Assembly: GCA_964234715.1 (NCBI GenBank) | Contig: OZ174276.1 | Reading direction: 5' to 3' (one strand) | DNA: 64,000 nucleotides | Source: Podarcis melisellensis | Taxonomy: Eukaryota | In this document: piece after piece, positions 26,275 to 38,819 of the stretch | How the letters are laid out: every line of letters begins with the position of its first letter | How positions within the stretch are numbered: position 1 is the stretch's first letter | The notes under the pieces: generated by a model | The model's input: only the letters and a program-made list of their open reading frames with translations | Databases searched by the model: none | Told to the model about the DNA's origin: nothing | Translations under genes and position numbers: made by a program

Positions 26275-29200
26275 CGTGTACATTGGAAAAGTGAAAGTGT
26301 TCTTGCAGCCTCGTTGTCCTTGACCAACTTCCCCCATTCCTGCCATTGCCTCATTAAAGAAAAGGAAGCTGGAAGATAAAAAGTATCCAGGGAGAAAAAG
26401 GAACCAACTGAACACTGATGTGAAGTGTGCTTCAAAAAGCAGCCTCCTTTCATCTAACCGTTGTTTAATGCGCCTTTTCCCTTTTAACAAGAGGAATTTA
26501 TTTTAATCATCACTGAAACGTTCCATTAAAAAGAAGAAAAAGACAACAACAACAGCAGTAGCAGCAGAGGGATGTTGCTAGTGAAATCTATGCAGACTTA
26601 ACAGCTCAGGGATTACCCTAGAGAAGTGAATGCTGCAAAAGCTTTGTGAACCTGTCTGAGAACGAGAGCAAGCAGCATCTTCAAGGATTAATGAAGAACT
26701 CTGCCGATATAAAAGAAATTGTTTCTTTTCTGGGGCCGCTGCTGTGGGAGATGCAGAAAGCATGGCGAGGCCAGATAATCAGTCGGCTCAGACCCTCCTT
26801 TTTCAGGGAGGCAGATTTTGGTAAGCTTAAATGCTTCGGAGTGATTTCAACAAAAAACCCTTAATTTTTTTTTCCTTCCCCAAAAACACAAGCTGCGCAA
26901 TCACAATTATTTCTTAGCAAAAAGCTCACATTTTATTTGCCATTAGACACCTGCATGATGCTACTGTAAATCGTTCAGATGTGCTATGCTTTCTCTGCAG
27001 CTAAATATACTAGTACCAAGAAGGAAAAACACATTTGTCCTTGGTACTTTAAAATGTTCCAAATAAACCAGGTTAACACATACCCATTAGGAATACTCTG
27101 AGCTCTCCCAGGCTCACAACCTGCAAGGATCACACACCCTGTCCCACATGCCAGAAGGGTTGCTCTGGCTACATGCGTTGTGAGCCATTCTCATAATCTA
27201 GCTAAATGTGCCACTTGATTATAAACCTCAACGTTAAAACCAAGCAGCTTCCCTTCTCACTGCGATCTCCAAGCTATGGGGATTTCTTTGAGGAAATCAA
27301 CTTTGAAGTTCTTCTCCCCGTATTCTGTCCATATGGAATTCATGTGATACACAACCTCTTGGGATGCTTCCCCATGCTTACAAGGGCACTCTAAATCCTG
27401 TTGGGATTCAGTCTTACATCTTGTCCTTTCATGCGCTAAACCACAGAAGCAGCCTCCAATTGAGATACCTATCTGCATGCCTTTGATGCAAAGAACTTCC
27501 TCCCTGTAAGTATTCCCACAATGCAGGGCGGCCTAACTTTTAATACCAACTGGGCCTCAAGAGTACTTCAATATAGAACCCACAAGCCACACACTACTTT
27601 GTTGTGCAGTGCAGGGGGCAGGGAGGAGCAAGACCAAAATTTTATGCCCCCACAGCCCTCATGCTGCCTTCCCAAAGCCATTTAAGCAAGGAGCTGGGCT
27701 TTGGGAAGGAGGCTTGAGGCTCTGACAGGGTCTTAGAGCCCTTCCACCTCCTTCCCAAAGTTGGGGTGGCGCTAACTAGCTTTAGGAAGAAGAACGGAAG
27801 ACTCTGGGACCCTGTCCTAGCGCCTCCTTACCTGGCTTTGGGAAGGCAGTGCAAGGGCTGTGGGGCAGTGTTGTCCAAGGTTGCCGTGGGACCACCAAAA
27901 AGCCCTTGAGGGCTGCAAGCAGCCTTTGGGCCACATGCTGGAGCACCCTTCCATAATGGTAAAGCTTTTCTGCCTACAAGCCTTCTTAAGCTGACTCTGC
28001 CACACACAGATGTCCATGCTGTAAGGCAAGCTGAACTTCTGGCTGGGGTGGGATTACTAACCTCCGGTATAAAATAAACCTGATTATGCTCCCTTATTTA
28101 ATGCTATCTTAGCTAGAAACCAATGTTTTTACCCGGCTGTTTTACATATTGTAAACAATTATCAACCTTGTTTAAATGTATCCTTTTCTGAACTGGCTGG
28201 ATTTTTTCAGACTAAGTCACCCAAGAATTGAGTGGGAAGATATAATATAGTGTGTGGGGAGTCCCTTTCAGACATTTGCATAGCTGTGTGGAAATATTTT
28301 CATGAACACCATCCATGCTGCTGGGTTTTAACAACCTAACCATGCTCAGAAAGCCAAGAGTCTTTTTTTTTATCAGAGGTGGCAGATATAGATTTCAACA
28401 GGTGGTAGCAAAGAATGATTTGGAAGCGTTTTAGAATGAGTAGTAAAGTTGGAGTAACTAAGACAATGATCCTCAGCATTTTCATGTGTAGACTAAGTGA
28501 CACTAGGATCATTTTGGGTCTTGCTTCCAAGTAAATATGCTGAGGAATGGGTTGCAGTACTAATTTATCAACCACACTGGGGAAAGGGATCACACAGGAG
28601 CAAAATCCAGGTCTATGACAATGACCCATTCACATAACCCCCATTATGTGACAAAATATGATGGAAGACTGGTTTTGTTCATTGTTTTGTTCAAGTGGAC
28701 ACGCAAACTTGGCTGGCGACACTCGAATAATGGCCTGCATTTTGCAGCGCAGCAAATTGGGATCAGGACGGTTGCCTCTGCAGGCTTTCTTGCTTTTGTT
28801 CTGTGGGATTAGAGGAGTTAATCAGAGTGACAGTGACTTCTGACTTTATACTGTTAAAAAGGTCACAAACTTGAGGCTGCATTGTTTTTTCTGGCCAGGG
28901 AGCGAAACAATACATGGGAGAGCTTGCAGCATTCATGTAGCACAGTGCACTCCGCCATGAAATATCAACCAGGAAGAAAATGCCATCTCAAAAGGGTGAG
29001 CAAAAGGTCACAGGGTCAGGTTACATTTGTGCTGGTACATCTGGACTATTCATCATGCCATTCTTCCCATAACAGGTGATGACACTCTCCCACTTCAATG
29101 TTAGTAATGGCTCCAAGATCAATAGCTAAAATACACATGCTCCCTGAATCTGGTCAATTAGATTCTCAGTTCCAAACTCTTGTCAAGGATCCAGAGGCTG

Positions 29201-29616
29201 GGCTGTGGGAACTTCTGACTGTCAGATCCAGGCTGGGGAAACACAGTAGGCTAACCTACTGACACCCCCATGCAGGGAATCCTAAGAAAAATGCTTATTT
29301 TGGAAATGCAAAACAAAGCCAAGCATACTACAAAATAAAGGAACACAGGAGAATGTGTCCCACCTCACTACACCGATTTTGCTTTAGTGATGGTGAATAC
29401 AACAAATTCAGGGCCAATGCATGAAATTAAGAAGTTACAATATACCAACATCACTAAATTGAAATGCTTTCTTCTTCAGAGTTTCAAAAGGCTTGTGTCT
29501 ATAGTCACGAGTTGCTCAGTTGTCATGCAAAATGTGAAGCCAAAAAGTCAGAGGTAATCCCTCTTATAGAAAGAAGACCTTCATAAACATGTGAGTTAAT
29601 TGGCAAATACATTTCT

Positions 29617-29622
29617 TTTATT
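29617..29622 (-). terminator. Candidate GLYCTK polyadenylation signal (AATAAA)
   Basis: First minus-strand AATAAA that I could find downstream of the GLYCTK stop, about 1.1 kb away. Actual use is inferred. Confidence 0.5.
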
Positions 29623-29774
29623 TCATAATGGGCAGTGCATTAGACATGGGTGACTGCGAGAGAGGGAGAATGAAAGGCAGTTTTCCTGTTAATAAGAAGG
29701 TATCACTTAGTAGGTGGTGTCTGGGTAGGATGTTTAGCCTACAGCAGACTTAAACAGATGTGGAATCTATAGTA

Positions 29775-30016
29775 CAGTGGTACCTCGGGTTAAGTACTTA
29801 ATTCATTCCGGAGGTCTGTTCTTAACCTGAAACTCTTCTTAACCTGAAGCACCACTTTAGCTAATGGGGCCTCCTGCTGCCACCAAGCTGCCGGAGCAAG
29901 ATTTCTGTTCTCATCCTGAAGCCAAATTCTTAACCCAAGGTACTATTTCTGGGTTAGCGGAGTCTGTAACCTGAAGCGTCTGTAACCTGAAGCGTATGTA
30001 ACCCGAGGTACCACTG
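29775..30016. mobile_element. Tc1/mariner-type MITE, complete
   Basis: Perfect 18-bp TIR CAGTGGTACCTCGGGTTA with TA TSD; same family as 19940 and 57426. Confidence 0.92.
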
Positions 30017-30714
30017 TACATACATGAAACAGAAGACAGATCTGATACAGTGGTCCTTTTTCTGCTCCCCTCTTCTTTCAGTCGGTCTTTTTTGGAGTGG
30101 GAGTGTTCCTAATGGAAGTACTACAGAGCTGGTGTATTTTTTTCTCTTGTTCTGGGAGCGAGTCAGGGGGATGGGAGGGCAGCTCCAAAGCCTTTCCCAA
30201 CCCCAGTCCCAGAATGCTCCCTTTTTTGGCCTCTCCATCCAAGCACCGGGGACAGAAGAGAAACAGCAGCAGACCCTTCCGTGGTGGCTGGGCTGGGAGT
30301 GTGGAGTATCTGCAGAATCCTATGGCAAGGTCTCACTACTGCCAGCAACTGTGCTGCAGTGTCCTTCACTAACTGTAGCTTCTGGATCAAATGGAAGGGA
30401 TGCTCCACACAGAGTGCATTTATCCAATTAAAGCATTTATCCTCTTTTAAAAAAATCAATTAAAAGATACTTTAAAAAAAACCTATCAGGAGAAAAAAAA
30501 ATTACGTTAGTAGTCTTAAACCAGGTGCTAATGCAACCTTAATATCCAGGATTATGATTATCTTTTGCCTTGGAAACATCTACCATGTGTCTAATTGCAA
30601 CCTTTGGAATCTGACACTGACAGTCTGGGCAGCAAGGCTCCCTGTTTCATGCAGCCTAGACTTGCCCATAGTTCTTCCTTTGTAGTAAGAAGAATCTGAA
30701 TGTCTGGTGCATCG

Positions 30715-31620
30715 CTAACCACCTCTAGCTCTGATTAAAACAGCATGAACGTCCATGACATTTGTGCCTGTCAGGCCCGTCATTAAAAGGTGGCGCCCTC
30801 TTTGGAACTGGGTGAAGAATGTGTATGAATCATTATTGCTCAGAAAAGTTTCCACGTCAAAGCCTTCCTGCTCAGCCTCACGCACCAGCTCCTGGCTGCT
30901 GAAGGCCCCAGCAGCCTCTGTCGGCCCATCTTGCCCGTCAGTTCCGCCACTCAGGAACACGATGTCGTATTTCTCCAGAAAGCTGCCGGCTTCTGTGGAC
31001 TTGGCTCTGTGCAGCTCCAAAGCCACTCGCAGAGCCAGCTCTTGGTTCCGTCCCCCCTTCCCACTTCCTCGAAGCTGCACGGTGGTTTCTCCCCCGGCCA
31101 GAAGGCAAACGGGTCTTCCTGCTTGGGATTCTTGCAAAGCTTGCAAAGCGTCCGTACAGTTCAAGCCTGGGATCGCCAGCTGTGCTTCCAGGCTGGAGAG
31201 TACTTCTTCCATCTTGTCTTTCAAAAGGCCGGTCCGGGCACCTCTCACGGTGCTCAGGCAAATGAGCTGAATCAACAGGCTGTAGAGACGAGCCACTGTG
31301 CCAACCTCCCCACACACTGAATCACTCAGAACCAGGGTCAAGTAACCCAGCTCCTCTGCCTGGCACCGGGCTTCCTCCAAAGCTAACCTGTTCGAGCCAA
31401 TGACAACGTTGAAGACGTGGGAATAGTCTTTGGGAGTGTTATGCCCCGTGGCAGAGCCAGACAGCACGGTCTGCACCGACTGCGGCAAGGTGTCCAGCAT
31501 ATTGTATCTGGTCAATATGTGAAAACAGTCCTGGGCGCTGTGGGAACTGGCAACAGTGGGGCCGCTTGCAATGATGTCCAAAGGATCCCCAATGACATCC
31601 GAGAGGATGAGGCTCAATAC
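30715..31620 (-). CDS. GLYCTK: Glycerate kinase, terminal coding exon
   Basis: Acceptor ttctag|. Encodes VLSLILSDVIGDPLDIIASGPT...LLAGGETTVQLRGSGKGGRNQELAL...SGGTDGQDGPTEAAGA...NNDSYTFF...TGLTGTNVMD, then TAG at 30717-30715. These are MOFRL domain motifs. Total CDS 377+152+176+906 = 1611 nt. Confidence 0.97.
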   Translation of the reverse strand, partial: VLSLILSDVIGDPLDIIASGPTVASSHSAQDCFHILTRYNMLDTLPQSVQTVLSGSATGHNTPKDYSHVFNVVIGSNRLALEEARCQAEELGYLTLVLSDSVCGEVGTVARLYSLLIQLICLSTVRGARTGLLKDKMEEVLSSLEAQLAIPGLNCTDALQALQESQAGRPVCLLAGGETTVQLRGSGKGGRNQELALRVALELHRAKSTEAGSFLEKYDIVFLSGGTDGQDGPTEAAGAFSSQELVREAEQEGFDVETFLSNNDSYTFFTQFQRGRHLLMTGLTGTNVMDVHAVLIRARGG

Positions 31621-34099
31621 CTAGAAGCAAGAAGGGCAGGAATGGCTCATTAACATTCCACTGTGTCTGCTATGAATTTGAGTCTTAACTGCAAGAGGAG
31701 GAGGAGGAGGGTGTGATCCTCCATGCATGCTGATCACACGGGGACTACAAGATCGTGCGATGACTTGCAAAGGGTGAAATAGCCCACAGAGGGGGCTTCC
31801 CATCCCCTAACACTTCGGGAGCAACTGGTTTCAAAGCAGGCACTTTATAGATTCAGCTGTAAGTCAAAGAGCCTGCAATCCTAACCAAATGACGCAGGAA
31901 GTCAACCCTGCTGAACTCCATAGGATTTAGGCTGAGGATTAGGGCTGCAGTGTTTAAATAGATTCATGCGTATTTATAAAAACCGCAAATAGCAAGCACC
32001 ATCTTTGAAACAAGGCATTTCCCCCTTTAGAGGGAATGCTTCTGAGATGATGCCTGCTGCAGCACGTGCGCATTGCCTAAATACAAAGTATACTTGAGAG
32101 CTGTGCGCAGATGAACGTAATAGATTAATTTGGCGTTTTTCAACCTGGAGGCCACAGCACTGTTTCAGATGGGCTGCCCTGTCCCCTCCCAGGAAGTTGG
32201 AGGCACTGCCATGAGCTGGCTGCCTTTCTCCGCTTACCACTGCAGCTGCACCAAGGGAGGGGGGCGAGGGGAAGCAAATGGCTGGAGCTACGTTATCATC
32301 AAGCATCCTTACTGACCAAGGAGCAGCCAGCAGCCTCTTTCTCCTCCTCCTGGCCCAGGTGGAAGACAGATATTGCCAGAGCTGCTGCTCCAGTCCAGCA
32401 GTCATTATGGAGTGGGACAAGCTTCTTCTTTACCATCACCCTTGGCTAGCATGCTGCTCCTGCAGGACTGCTTGCCCCCCAGGACTTCATTCTCCAGGGG
32501 AGCTGGACCCAGAGGCAATGCCTTTTGAATCCCACTGTTGCTGCTGTAGGAGGAAGTGTTTAACAGTGTTGGTATCAAGGCATAGGCTGTGCAGGTACCA
32601 GCAGTGGCAGTGAGTCCTGCAGAAGCAGGCATCACAGCAGCAGGGGGGGGGGGGGAAGGAGGCAGTGAGAAAGCTAGATGAGGAGAAGGGCTTCTCGGCA
32701 TGTAGAAAGACTCTTGATCAGGGTTCATCCTATTAAAACCAATGTCTACAATCATTCACATTCATTTATCCTGCATGTCTTCTGCAAAAATTGGAAGTGA
32801 ATGACCCAGCCATGTCTTTAAACATTGCACTGAATACATCAGCCGTGCCACTGGTGAGCAACTGCATTTGAAAATGACTCCAAGAGTAGCAATCTCTTTC
32901 CCACCACTCAGACAGAATTGATTTCTGCCCTTCGCTTTTCTTTGAGAAACAGCTGACCCTTCCCAGTCCATGATTAAATAAACATATATTAATGTATAAG
33001 ACTTCTGGAGTTGTTAAATATTAAAAGTATTCTACCCTCCCTGCCTCTTACCCCCCAACTAACTATGTGCAAATTGTGCGAAATGTGAATTAAGAACTAG
33101 GCATATACCTAATTAATTCGCATAATCCACAACTCCTGTATAAATTGGGATTTTGATTGGATACTTTGGGATTTTAAGCACAGAATTCCATTATCCTGCT
33201 AAAGTGGTCTGTTTAATAAAGAGACCCTAATCTATTGCTTCTTTTGCATTCATTCATTTAAAAAAGAAACTTCAGAGCTCTCATGGTTAGGCAAAGGCAG
33301 TGTAAAAAAATATGGAAGAATCCTCTGGTAATGGCTTCAGAGCTTAAAAAAAAAAAGGTTTCACCAAGGTTGGGCTTCTACTAATTTCTAGAGGGGCACA
33401 TTTTTTAGGGATTGGGAGATAACATGGTACACTCCAATTGCTGCTGGACTACATCTCCCATCACCCCTGACCTTAGGCCATGAGGACTTCAACTGATTGG
33501 AAGTTGGGAGTCCAGCAACGTCTGAAAGGCACCACGTTAGCTTGTCCTATTTTAGTGGCTTTTAAATACCCTGTTGCCTTTCCATTTCCCCACCATCCTC
33601 CTTCCTTTCCAAGCTCAGCCTCACTCCTGCACAAAGGGAAAGGGGGAAAAACAAGAAAAGAAAAGCAGACATATTTTAAAAAGACTTCCTCTCCAATTTG
33701 TGTGTGTGATTACATAGTTCATTCTGGGTGTGTTATTTGGGGTTTACCACTTCACTGTCCCCACAGTCCTGAGCGCAATCAGGAAGCAGATCTCTCATGA
33801 GTGCTAAGCAGATGGATGTTGGTCATCTTTCAAGGTCAGTAGCCCACCATTCCTCAGATGCTTTCTGACTACCTGCCATCTTCTCTTCAGCTTCACTGAA
33901 ACTGAGCTGGCCAAGTTTATGCTCACTGATGTTAAGGAGGGCAAAACAGCAACATTATCAGCAAATGAACAACTTGCCCACTCCTTCTGCACTTCAAGTC
34001 TATCCATGCCACCCACATCCGACCCAGAGTTACAAAAGATGCTCCTTTCTAAATGTTCACAGAGTTGCTGGGCAAAGTCAGACAGCATCTCATACCCAC

Positions 34100-34275
34100 C
34101 TGGGCAGGATAGGCAGCCCGTGCCAACCCCCCACCTTTCAACAAGGAGAGGGCCTTTCGGATGGTGTTCAGCTCGTGAATGGTAGCTCCCTTTGAAGCAA
34201 GTAACCTGGTAATGGTTTCCTTCTCTTCCAGGGTGACTGGCGGGATGGGTGCAGGTAAAAGTGCCGACCCTCCTC
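34100..34275 (-). CDS. GLYCTK: Glycerate kinase, coding exon 3
   Basis: Acceptor ttttag|, donor |gtgggt. Encodes GGGSALLPAPIPPVTLEEKETITRLLASKGATIHELNTIRKALSLLKGGGLARAAYPAQ, completing the LISGGGSAL motif across the junction. 176 nt. Confidence 0.96.
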
Positions 34276-37200
34276 CTAAAATGCAGGAGAACTTCACAGT
34301 CAGTACATTTTTACACAGCAGGGCTCCTTCTCATGACCACATACAGAGCAGTCCTGTATCAGAAAGAAAGAAATGGGAGACATTTTGCAGGCAGCTTTCC
34401 CCTTTCCCTTGCACTGGAAGCATATTTTTTTCCTAATTCTTTTTCAGCTGCACGCATAGCTTATTGGAATGACAACTGGGAGTGCTTTTTACCAAGTGGC
34501 TGAAGCCGAGATTCGCATAAAGACTCCTGAATGCATTAGTCCTCCTTCTCGAACATACATCACTGTTCCATCAACGACTCAGTACAGTTCTTAACCTGTA
34601 AAATCACAGCATAAGTAACTCCAGCAACTAATGGAGAAACTGTAAAAGACTGGACAGGCTCTTTGTCCTTCAGCTGATATCAAAGGAAGGTGTTTAAATA
34701 TGAACGTCAAGACAATCAGTTTTGTAATGTGTAAGAAAGGAAAGGGTTTGGGAAATGATGGCGGTAGCAATATAGTCTGAAGGACAGAGGGATCGCTATG
34801 GTGAGTGGTGATTGACAGGAATCTGCAGAAAGATTGTCCGGGGGGAACAGGAGTGCACAGCGGGGGAGAAACAGGAAAGAAAAGATGAGAAAGTGAATGA
34901 GAAACAAAATTGCTGCTTTCAGGGATAAGGAACAAGGAGGCAGAGGCTGAAAGTGAATGGGAAAAGAGAAAGGAGGGAGATATAGCAACACTGGTATAAC
35001 AAAGGTGGGGGGGAGGCTGGAATGAGAGAAGAAGTCAAGGTTCAAAAAGAGAAAACAAAAAAGGTGGTGGATAATAAGGTCATTGCGAAGAGGAGTCTTC
35101 CAGTGAGACAAACGGGAACCTTCATTCAAAAGTGTGATGGAAAGAAATCTAACATTTGTAACACCACCAGAAAAAAGATGAGCCTTCTCCACGTATTCTT
35201 AGAGGCCTATTTGGATGGCTTAACCCACTGCTGACCTGGAATCTGTAGAGGACCTTCCAATGCATAGGCCACCATCTCCTGCCACTCAGCCAAAATATGG
35301 GCCAGAAATATGTGGCTGGAGGAGGGAGGTGGGGGAAGAGACTGAGGAGGACAGCTGGAAGGCAAAAGGATTTGGGGTGTCCTAGGTCCCAGAGATGATG
35401 AGGCATGTAGTGATGATAAGAAGTCAGCAGAAGCATTCTAAAAGAGAACTTTTGTCTTTGGATTTGGGGGTTTTTTGTGTGGGGGAGGAGATGCAAAGCT
35501 GTTTTAAAGAAGCTGAACTGACCGTCTTTGAGGGAACTGGTTTGCTAAATGAGCGGCGAGAACATTTGCACAAACATATTGGTAAAAAGGATGGCGGGAG
35601 TGCCCACATCTCTGACCTCCGTTGTAGCCACGAGCAGGGCTCATTTCCTCTGCCTTTCCATTTCTGTCTCTGTAAGTCAGGTGGAACTAAACGGTGGCCC
35701 TCCAGACGTTGTTGGACTCCAACCCTGAGCAACATCTGGAAGACCAAAAGTTAGCCACCCATGAGGCAAACCAAGGCAGCCAAGCACCACCATCTGCTGG
35801 CAATTCTTCAGTACCACCAGCTCCATGTGATCAGACGAGGATGGAGGAGGCCAGCTCAGCTATTAAGCTCAATGGGGGGACTTGGGCTAGTCACTCCCTC
35901 ACTCGATAAATGCGAGTGGGGAAGAATGATGTCTGTTCCCCTCAGCTTCTTGGAGGAGAGGTAGGATATAAATGCTATCAAGCAAGCAAGCCGCACCAGA
36001 TACCATTTTCTCCATGTCCCAGTAGATAGCAGGAAGCCCTGCTCTACATAGGTGTGGTTGCATCTTATTCTTGCCCCTTGCTTCTCTTTCAAGCCAGACC
36101 AAACCTAGTTCAGGAAAGACTTGAGAAAAGAAGAAGTATCCCAGACAAGGTTGTCAAACGTAAGGCCTGGGGGCTTTATTAGACTTCTTGTGGTCTTCAC
36201 CGTGGCCTGCGGCATCCCTACTACACTCCACACAAATTATTCATCCAAGACTAGGGCTAGGGAGCAACACTCCTGCCAGGGCAAGTGCCTGTTACCACAT
36301 GTGCTTTGCATCAGCCTCTTCCACTATTCCCTTTAAATTAGCAGCTCAGATGTCAGGGAGGGTGACGTGTACAGGAGAGTGCACACGCATGAAGCAGAAC
36401 CGAGTGCAGAACGGACAGCTTGCTGGCATTTGCAGCTGAGAAGCAAGGGTGCGGAATAGCCAGCAGAGAAATTTGCAGAGAAGGAGTTGGGTGACAACAG
36501 GGATATTTAGACAGGCAAGGTGGCAGGGGGGTGGGTCTTGGGAAAGGGTTGCTGGGTGCTGAAGTCTGGTTTAAGGAATTCCAACTGGGGGCAGTGCTTG
36601 CAAAGAGATTTTGTTATGCAAGATGGAGTGGGAAGGAAACTGGTGCTAGACGGCAGACGGTATTTTTAGAAGTTAACCAGCAGACCTGCTACTCCCCGTG
36701 CATTAGAGTAGGGGACTTTTCAGTGGATGGTTAGGGCTCCTGGGAACCTGCTGAAGGGTAGAGAGCTTTGCCCTGTAATCTGTTTGAATTTGCCACCCCT
36801 GATTTACAGAAGGAAGCAGTTTGCCAGGAGAGAACAAGCAAAAGTAACACTATCACAACACAGAGCAATCTTCGTTGTTTTATTGACCTCGTTCATAGCG
36901 AAGAGTGCTTCAAAAACAGCACCAGGCTATGCAAAATAGAGAAAGGAAGTGAACTGCAGATAAAAGCTTGTGGCAAGTGACACAAGGGGATGGGAAAGGG
37001 AGGAAAGAAAAATAGCTCAAGCACCAGACGTATTTGCAGCCCGTGTGACGGATGTGCGATCACAACTAACAGGACAACCACAGAGAGATATGATCAAGAG
37101 GATTGGGAAAAGAGTAGAGGGCAATCTTGTACCAGAGGCAGCTCAAAAAGCTACCATTAAATGATAAATGCTCTGAGATTTGAGACACAACATCTGGCAA

Positions 37201-37921
37201 ATATGACAAACCAGAGAAACAACTAAGTAGGCATGACATTTCTTCAGTCACCAGCAGTCCAGTCAAGAGTAGCCGGAGAAGGGAGTGTTCTCTTAAATGG
37301 GAGTTTTTGAACCAGCTTCCAAAAACACAGAGCTGGCTACAGTAGGCTTTGAGGGTCTAGAACTCTTGCCAATAAAAAGGTAGCCAAAGGGCAAGGCGAT
37401 TCCCTTCATACAACACTTTCATTCAGGTAGATCCATTTTTGAATGGTAGAATCCTCTCTCCCAAGCATGGCAGATTGCTTGTACACTGTGAAATGGAGGG
37501 ACCCAGCTGCCAGGGACCCACAGTGGATAATGAAGAATTTAGCTCCCTGTTGAGTTGATTATGGAAACACTGAGGGATGGTCATGGGAACATTTGTATGT
37601 ATTTGTATGTATAAATGTATGTATGTACATATGTATAAAATGCATGTATTTTCCATGGTAAGAATCAGTGGATGTTTCTGCAGTGAAAATATTTTGGAGG
37701 CCACATTCTCCCCACTAAGTTCCCTAACAATTGCTCTGGTCTAACATCCACATATTAAAATATTATCAGGCGTCCAGGCCAGTATTCTTAGTTGGTGCCT
37801 CCCAGAACTGGAAGTTCTTCCTCCTGCAGGCCCACAAATCTCTGACCTAGTGTATTCATACTTTCTCTGTGTTAAGGGAATACTGGAGTTTATGTTTGGG
37901 TTGTGTGGATATCTGTGTTTT

Positions 37922-38264
37922 AAAGGTAAAGGTAAAGGGACCCCTGACCATTAGGTCCAGTCGTGGCCGACTCTGGGGTTGCGGCGCTCATCTCGCTTTA
38001 TTGGCCGAAGGAGCCGGCGTACAGTTTCCGGGTCATGTGGCCAGCATGACTAAACCAGAGAAGCGCACGGAAACACCATTTACCTTCCCGCCGGAGCGGT
38101 ACCTATTTATCTACTTGCACTTTGACATGGTTTCGAACTGCTAGGTTGGCAGGAGCAGGGACTGAGCAACAGGAGCTCACCCCATCGCGGGGATTCGAAC
38201 CGCCGACCTTCTGATCGGCAAGTCCTAGGCTCTGTGGTTTAACCCACAGCACCACCCGTGTCCC
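37922..38264 (-). mobile_element. Sauria SINE, full length, in GLYCTK intron
   Basis: ACCTTT tail, tRNA-derived head, near-perfect TSD tatctgtg(t/c)ttta at 37910 and 38265. Confidence 0.92.
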
Positions 38265-38322
38265 TATCTGTGCTTTACTACTTTTTATATTGCTGAATTT
38301 TTACCTACCCTAATCTTTAATA

Positions 38323-38553
38323 CAGTGGTACCTCTGGTTACGAATGCTTCTGGTTACAAATGCTTCAGGTTATGAGCTCTGCTAACCCAGAAGTAGCTGC
38401 TCCTGGTTGCAAACTTTGCCCCAGGATGCGAACGGAAATCATGCTCCCCAGGCACGCCGCAGCGGGAGGCCCCATTAGCAAAAGCACAGCTCAGGATAAG
38501 AATGGTTTCAGCTTAAGAAGGCCCTCCGGAACAAATTAAGTTTGTAACCAGAG
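38323..38553. mobile_element. Tc1/mariner-type MITE, related subfamily, right TIR clipped
   Basis: Starts ta|cagtggtacctctggtta and ends gtaaccagag; reverse orientation relative to 29775. Confidence 0.8.
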
Positions 38554-38819
38554 TTTGTAATAGCATATAGCAGACGTCAGTGCTTAAAATAAATAACTTA
38601 CTGCACTAGTATCAAGTATGTACAGCTATACAAATTTAGCTGAAATGCATTCTGAATGATACACAGATAAATTGCTTCTTGTTCTATCCTTCTTTTGCCC
38701 CTGCTCATCCATTTCTGTACCAGCTTTGCATTACCACAAATTTGGCATCCATAACGGTGGCAGACACAGTAGGCGTAGGTCTACACTCTGAAAAAGTTAA
38801 TACGAGGAAAGCAGGTATA

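Noticed and set aside
30755-31320. Plus-strand ORFs of 171 and 129 aa
   Set aside because: Antisense shadows of the GLYCTK terminal exon.
31974-32755. Several overlapping 110-150 aa ORFs in the last GLYCTK intron
   Set aside because: No recognisable protein family. The GLYCTK CDS is complete and in phase without them.
34700-35500. Purine-rich stretch with 110-160 aa minus-strand ORFs
   Set aside because: Strand-skewed composition suggests a very old LINE relic. Products are F/L/S/P-rich with no motif, too degraded to call.
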